Assembly: GCA_041752695.1 (NCBI GenBank)
Contig: JBGSVZ010000039.1
Coordinates: 1 to 41,783, forward strand
Direction: 5' to 3'
From: Terrimicrobiaceae bacterium
Lineage (GTDB): Bacteria; Verrucomicrobiota; Verrucomicrobiia; Chthoniobacterales; Terrimicrobiaceae
Length of the DNA: 41,783 nt
Below, piece after piece: positions 36,860 to 41,783 of the stretch. How positions within the stretch are numbered: the first letter of the stretch is position 1; each line of letters opens with the position of its first letter. The notes beneath the pieces are model-generated. The model saw only the letters and a program-made list of their open reading frames with translations, had not been told where the DNA came from and searched no databases. The position numbers were made by a program, and so were the translations under genes.

Positions 36860-38616
36860 TACATCTTCTCCGGGCAGGTGATGCCGAGGAGTCCGAGGCC
36901 GCGTTCGATCACGCGGGCTGAGAGGTCGCAGAGGACGAGACGGGAGGAACGTGCAGGTTCTTCGGATTTCAGGACCGGACAGGCTTCGAAGAAGCTGTGA
37001 AAGGCCCCGGCGAGTTCGAAAAGGTAGTTGGCCAGGAGGTTCGGACGGAATTCGTCCAGCACGAGCGGGAGGATTTCGCCGAACTGCTGCAGTTTTTTCG
37101 CGAGGGTGATTTCCGCGGGGGCGGTGAGAGTGATCGTTTCCGGCGCGGTGAACGGGCCGTCGAGTTTCCGGAAGATCGAGCGGATGCGCACGGAGCTGTA
37201 TTGGAGATACGGCGCGGTATTGCCCTGGAAGCTGAGCATGCGGTCCCAGGAAAAAACGTAGTCGCTCTGGCGGGCAGGCAGGAGGTCGGCGTATTTGATC
37301 GCGCCGAGGCCCACGATGCGCGCGATCTCGCGGCGTTCCGCCTCGTCGAGGGCGGGATTTTTCTCGCTGACCAGCGTGAAGGCGCGTTCCTCGGCTTCGT
37401 CGAGGAGGTCTTTTAATTTGATCGTCTCGCCGCTGCGGGTTTTGAACGGTTTGTTGTCCTCTCCGAGAATGGTGCCGAACCAGACGTGGGCCAGTCGGAC
37501 GCCGGAGACGGCGTCGCCTTTCCAGCGGCGGAAGATGGTGAAAAACTGACGAAAATGGAGCTGCTGGCGTCCGTCCGTGACGTAGACAATTTCGTCGGGC
37601 GCCCAGGTGTCCAAACGATACTGGAGGGTGGCGAGGTCGGTCGTGGTGTAGTTCGCGGCGCCGTCCTCCTTCTGCACGATGGCGGGGATGTCGGTCCACT
37701 CGCCGTCTTTCTGCACACGGAAGGGATCGTCCTTCTCGGGCACCGAACCGTCGGTGAACACACAAAGGGCGCCGTCGCTCTCGCGGGCGATGCCGCAAGT
37801 GACGAGGTCGGTCACGACATCCTTGAGCCAAGGATTGTAAAAACTTTCGCCGAGGGTGACATCAAAGCGGATGCCGAGGCGGCGGTAGATGCTGTCGAAC
37901 TGGGCCTGCGAGAGGCGGATCATCTCGCGCCAGATGGCGAGATTTTCCTCATCGCCCGCCTGAAGTTTCACGAGTTCGGCACGCGCGGCCTTCTGCACGG
38001 CCTCGTCCTCGCGGCACAAGGCGCTGATTTTTTTGTAAAGGCGCTCCATTTCGCTGATGGGATCGGCCTCCAGCGCGTCGCGCTGAAGGTCGGTTTTCCA
38101 GCCGACAAGGAGCATGCCGAACTGTGTGCCCCAGTCGCCGATGTGGTTGTCGCGCACGACGGAATGGCCGAGAAATTCCGCGATGCGGGCCAGCGCGTCG
38201 CCGAGAATGGTCGAACGAATGTGGCCGACGTGCATGGACTTCGCGACGTTGGGCGAACTGAAGTCGATGACCAATTTTTTGGGCGCGCCGGAGAGGCCTG
38301 CACCGAGTTTGGGGTCATCGAGCTGCCCGCGGGTGCGGCGGGCGAGGAAGTCGGGCTTGAGGTGGAAATTGAGGAAACCGGGACCCGCAATCACGGGCGT
38401 CTCGGAAAGATCGGCAACGTCAAGGGCGTCGATAATTTGTTGGGCGAGAACGCGAGGCGGCTGGCCGGCCTTTTTGGCCAGGAGCATGGCCACGTTGGAC
38501 TGATAGTCGCCGTGGCGGGCGTCCGCGGTGGGGACGACCTCGGGTTTCACGCCGGGGAATTTATCGCCGAGGGCCCGGGTGAGGCGCTCGGCGAAGATCT
38601 CGCGCAGGGTGGCCAT
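36859..38616 (-). CDS. argS: Arginine--tRNA ligase
   Basis: HGDYQSN, GPGFLN, DFSSPNVAKSMHVGHIRST, NHIGDWGTQFG, FKTRSG, GNTAPYLQY, C-terminal PEKM. Confidence 0.97.
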   Translation of the reverse strand: MATLREIFAERLTRALGDKFPGVKPEVVPTADARHGDYQSNVAMLLAKKAGQPPRVLAQQIIDALDVADLSETPVIAGPGFLNFHLKPDFLARRTRGQLDDPKLGAGLSGAPKKLVIDFSSPNVAKSMHVGHIRSTILGDALARIAEFLGHSVVRDNHIGDWGTQFGMLLVGWKTDLQRDALEADPISEMERLYKKISALCREDEAVQKAARAELVKLQAGDEENLAIWREMIRLSQAQFDSIYRRLGIRFDVTLGESFYNPWLKDVVTDLVTCGIARESDGALCVFTDGSVPEKDDPFRVQKDGEWTDIPAIVQKEDGAANYTTTDLATLQYRLDTWAPDEIVYVTDGRQQLHFRQFFTIFRRWKGDAVSGVRLAHVWFGTILGEDNKPFKTRSGETIKLKDLLDEAEERAFTLVSEKNPALDEAERREIARIVGLGAIKYADLLPARQSDYVFSWDRMLSFQGNTAPYLQYSSVRIRSIFRKLDGPFTAPETITLTAPAEITLAKKLQQFGEILPLVLDEFRPNLLANYLFELAGAFHSFFEACPVLKSEEPARSSRLVLCDLSARVIERGLGLLGITCPEKM

Positions 38617-39083
38617 CAGCCTCGGGGAGAGCGGCTCTCGAAAACCTGGAGGATTTGTTCGGCGTTCTCCGCCCGACCCAGTTCGTCACGGACGGTTTTG
38701 TCGTTCAGAAATTTAGCGATGGCCGCGAGGGTGCGGAGGTGGGTCTGGAACTGGTCTTTCGGCACGACAAAAAGGACGACAAAAAAGACCGGCTGTCCGT
38801 CCAGCGAATCAAATTCGATACCGGTGCTGGAGCGTCCGAAGGCGGCGACGACTTCGCTCACCTTGTCGGAAGAGGCATGCGGAATGGCGATGCCGAATCC
38901 GATGCCGGTGCTCATGGTTTGCTCGCGCTGTTTGATGGAATCGAGCACAAGGTCGCGTTCCTCGGTTCCAATCCGGCCCTCGGCCACCAGCCTGTCCACC
39001 AGCTCGGTGATCGCGTCCCAGCGGGCTTTCGCCTGCATGTCGGGCACGATGAGCTCCGCGGATAAAAGATTCGCCAACGTCAT
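38616..39083 (-). CDS. PTS IIA domain protein (PtsN/fructose-type)
   Basis: RE..MSTGIG.GIAIPHA, GIEFDSLDG.PV. Confidence 0.9.
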   Translation of the reverse strand: MTLANLLSAELIVPDMQAKARWDAITELVDRLVAEGRIGTEERDLVLDSIKQREQTMSTGIGFGIAIPHASSDKVSEVVAAFGRSSTGIEFDSLDGQPVFFVVLFVVPKDQFQTHLRTLAAIAKFLNDKTVRDELGRAENAEQILQVFESRSPRG

Positions 39084-39157
39084 GATTTACAGCACCGTAG
39101 GCTTACAAGTCACCACCGCGATGACAAGAGGGAAACGAGATGCATCCGGTTTCGCAC

Positions 39158-39637
39158 TCACGCAGGGCGATCTACCGCGGCCACAGCCATGGCGGCGATC
39201 CCTTCCTGGCGACCGACAAACCCCATCGTCTCGTTGGTCGTGGCCTTGATGCCCACCCGGTCGGCGGGAACATTGAGTGCGGCGGCCAGATTTTCCTTCA
39301 TGGCCGCGAGGTGCGGAGCGATTTTGGGCGCCTCCGCGACGAGGGTGGCGTCGATATTGTGCACGTCCACTCCCAGGGCGGTGAGCCGCTCCCGAACGAT
39401 GCGGACGATTTCCAGGCTGTTGATGCCTTTGATGGATTCGTCGGTGTTGGGAAAAAGATGCCCTATGTCCGGCTGGCCGGCGGCCCCGAGGAGGGCGTCG
39501 GCGATGGCATGACACAGCACGTCGGCATCCGAGTGTCCATCCAGCCCGAGCGGATAGGGAATGGTCACGCCGCCGAGAACGAGCGGGCGATTTTCCGCGA
39601 ACCGATGCACGTCGTAGCCGATGCCGCAGGCAAACAT
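39158..39637 (-). CDS. ispF: 2-C-methyl-D-erythritol 2,4-cyclodiphosphate synthase
   Basis: GIGYDVH, GHSDADVLCHA, DIGHLFP, KATTNE, EGIAA. Confidence 0.96.
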   Translation of the reverse strand: MFACGIGYDVHRFAENRPLVLGGVTIPYPLGLDGHSDADVLCHAIADALLGAAGQPDIGHLFPNTDESIKGINSLEIVRIVRERLTALGVDVHNIDATLVAEAPKIAPHLAAMKENLAAALNVPADRVGIKATTNETMGFVGRQEGIAAMAVAAVDRPA

Positions 39638-39639
39638 GC

Positions 39640-40386
39640 TCAGAGTCCGAGCTCGATGTTTCCGCTGGAGGCGACGATGGAATATTTCTCCGCCGCGGTC
39701 TCATGCGGTTCCAGCACCACCACCCCGCCAGCGCGTTCGACGAGGAGCAGTCCCGCAGCCACGTCCCAAAGGCTGATTGTGCTTTCAATGTAGGCGTCGA
39801 GGCGGCCGCTGGCCACATAGGCGATGTCGAGCGCGGCGCTCCCCATCATGCGGCATTTTTTGGCCGAGCGCGCCATGCGATCGAAGAGGGGAAGTCCGCG
39901 ATTGATGGAATCGATGGATTTCGCCACCCCGACCGAAACGATGGCTTCACCCAGACTCGTGCGCGTACTCACGGCGATGGGCTGGCCGTTGAGCATCGGG
40001 GTGCCGCCTTCTTCAACGGTCCACATTTCATCCCGCATCGGATCGTAAATCACGCCGGTGATGATTTTTCCCGCCTGACGCAGGGCAATCGAAATGGCAA
40101 AATGCGGCACGCCGTAAAAGTAGTTCACCGTGCCGTCGATCGGATCGATCACCCAATGGAACTCACTGTCCGCGTCGCCCCTCACGCCTTCCTCGCCGTA
40201 GATCGCATGATCGGGAAACTTCGCCAGCAACAACGACTCGATGAGTTCCTGGCTGCGACGGTCGAGCTCGAGCTTGATGTCATGGGTCAGGTTTTCATCC
40301 ACGTTGAGTGGACGGCCAAAATTCGCGCGCAACAGCCCCCCGGCCGCATGGGCGGCATCGACAGCAGAAATCAGATAATCAGACAC
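39640..40386 (-). CDS. suhB: Inositol monophosphatase family protein (probable GTG start)
   Basis: GEE, WVIDPIDGTVNY, GSAALD...VASGR.D, WDVAAG. Confidence 0.88.
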   Translation of the reverse strand: MSDYLISAVDAAHAAGGLLRANFGRPLNVDENLTHDIKLELDRRSQELIESLLLAKFPDHAIYGEEGVRGDADSEFHWVIDPIDGTVNYFYGVPHFAISIALRQAGKIITGVIYDPMRDEMWTVEEGGTPMLNGQPIAVSTRTSLGEAIVSVGVAKSIDSINRGLPLFDRMARSAKKCRMMGSAALDIAYVASGRLDAYIESTISLWDVAAGLLLVERAGGVVVLEPHETAAEKYSIVASSGNIELGL

Positions 40387-40407
40387 CCCACTGTTGTAAG
40401 AAGGGGA

Positions 40408-40517
40408 GACACGAATTGCACGAACGAAGCGAAGCGACATAGCCAGGCGGAACGCTTGCCCCGGAGGGGTGAAGGCGAAGCCGCCAGCAATTTCCACGAA
40501 GGGGGAAAGACACGAAT
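40408..40517 (+). repeat. Composite intergenic repeat: CACGAA units interrupted by a GC-rich palindromic segment
   Basis: CACGAA at 40410, 40419, 40495 and 40511; CGAAGCGAAGCG (40425-40436) is identical to 35438-35449; CCCC-GGA-GGGG hairpin. Confidence 0.5.
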
Positions 40518-40518
40518 C

Positions 40519-41616
40519 CTATTGCGAAAGGAAGTAGAGCAGAATGAGCGCGGCGATGAGGCCGAGCACGACGGCGATGGTGATCTTGAGCCAGCTCAGC
40601 GGGTATTTGCCGGCGATTGAGCCGGTGTAGCCATTGATCACGGCCTGGAAGGATTTTCCGTGGTAGGTGTAGGTGAGCAGCCAGATCGGAACCAAAATAT
40701 GCTTGAAGGTCTGGGCGGCAAAATCCGCGTCCACCTGAAGGTTACGCTGCGTGTCCCCGGGCACTTCGCGGGAGCAAAGCTGCTCCGTCTCGCGCTGCAT
40801 GCGGTCGCGGGCGGCCTGGGCGGCGGCAATGAGGTCGATCTGATATTGCTCGACCGGCCAGCCGCTGAGAAATCCGGGGTCGTAGGGTTTGAGATCGCTC
40901 AGGGTGGGAAAGGGTTCGATCTGCCGGAGCAATTCCTCCTGCACGCCTTTGGAAGCGGCCACCAGTTCGTCGTCGAAAAAATGATCCACCGCCCCGCTGG
41001 CGTGTTCCCAGCGGGTCTTTTGCACCTGCCGCGTCTGGCGTTTCCCGTCGGAGTCGGTGTAGCTCTCCGTCTCGTAATAATAATATCCCGCCTGGGCCGT
41101 CCATTCTGCATGGACCTGCGCGTCGAAGGTCCAATACGGCAGGTAAATGCCGTGGACGGTGTCGGTCAGCGCGCTGCGCTTGAGTTTGCCTGGAGCCCAG
41201 AAACGCGTGCTGTACCACTGGCGAACCTTGTCCCTCGCGGCAGACTCCGCAATTTTGAATTCCAGCAACGACTCCGGCCGGATCGGGGCCTTGATCTGGT
41301 CGTAGGGAATGAGGGACGACGATCCGCAAAAATCACACCGCTGGGCCATCCGGGTGGGATCAAAAACCGTGATGGCTTCGCAACTCTGACAGCGCACGGA
41401 TTTTTTCTCGGCCGACCAACCGCGCTGCTCGCCATCCATGTTGCGCAGCGCTGTGGCTAGGTCGTGTTCCTGGATTTCCCCGCCGCCCTCCGGCAATTTT
41501 GCCGGAGAAACGGTCGCGCAATAGGGACAGACGAGAGCCTGCTTGGCGGGATCCCAGCGGGCCTCCCCGCCACAGGCCGGGCAGGAAAATTTGTCGCGGG
41601 CGCGAACCTCGGACAT
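40519..41616 (-). CDS. Zinc-ribbon protein with a C-terminal TM helix (type usually found next to SPFH genes)
   Basis: Four CxxC motifs (CPAC, CPYC, CQSC, CDFC), 'GIYLPYWTFD', 'INGYTG...G..P.S..K', terminal TM. Confidence 0.82.
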   Translation of the reverse strand: MSEVRARDKFSCPACGGEARWDPAKQALVCPYCATVSPAKLPEGGGEIQEHDLATALRNMDGEQRGWSAEKKSVRCQSCEAITVFDPTRMAQRCDFCGSSSLIPYDQIKAPIRPESLLEFKIAESAARDKVRQWYSTRFWAPGKLKRSALTDTVHGIYLPYWTFDAQVHAEWTAQAGYYYYETESYTDSDGKRQTRQVQKTRWEHASGAVDHFFDDELVAASKGVQEELLRQIEPFPTLSDLKPYDPGFLSGWPVEQYQIDLIAAAQAARDRMQRETEQLCSREVPGDTQRNLQVDADFAAQTFKHILVPIWLLTYTYHGKSFQAVINGYTGSIAGKYPLSWLKITIAVVLGLIAALILLYFLSQ

Positions 41617-41632
41617 CAGGAATTGCGGACGG

Positions 41633-41782
41633 TCAGGATTTCAAAAACTCGTCCATCGCCCCGCGGGTGATGCGCCAGGACGAACCGATTTTTTTGCCCT
41701 TGAGATCGCCTGCTTCGAGCGCCTGCATCACATCCGCTTCCGTGACGCCGAGTTCCCGCGCTGCGTCGCCCGGGGCGAGCAA
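41633..41782 (-). CDS. C-terminal excisionase-like HTH domain of a gene that begins beyond the window (possibly an SPFH-HTH protein)
   Basis: Translation LLAPGDAARELGVTEADVMQALEAGDLKGKKIGSSWRITRGAMDEFLKS*. Confidence 0.75.
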   Translation of the reverse strand: MLAPGDAARELGVTEADVMQALEAGDLKGKKIGSSWRITRGAMDEFLKS

Positions 41783-41783
41783 G

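Noticed and set aside
41633..41782. Prophage or ICE excisionase marking a mobile element edge
   Set aside because: No integrase, att site or phage genes in the window; it appears to be the tail of a longer chromosomal gene.

Overview
GC-rich bacterial chromosome segment, very probably Verrucomicrobiota (Chthoniobacter/Terrimicrobium-like), inferred from a complete four-gene Verru_Chthon pilin-like cassette and H-X9-DG prepilin-like genes. Housekeeping genes (yicC-gmk-coaC, pyrF, ispE, aminopeptidase, rlpA, miaA, polX, argS, PTS IIA, ispF, suhB) are interleaved with accessory loci: (1) a PNAG/pga-like polysaccharide operon whose PgaB-like protein has its domains in reversed order; (2) a minimal WXG100 + FtsK/EssC-like (type VII-like) four-gene operon in a diderm; (3) two 'helical membrane protein + short prepilin' gene pairs; (4) a GxxExxY nuclease-fold gene bracketed by CGCGAAA 10-bp-period arms, with a gene-less inverted-repeat copy about 0.85 kb away; (5) a dispersed family of 7-bp tandem arrays, one in frame inside miaA; (6) an unannotated 54-aa histone-H1-like gene; (7) several apparently leaderless promoters. 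No rRNA, tRNA, CRISPR array or classical transposase was recognised. All assignments come from reading motifs by eye; no searches were run.
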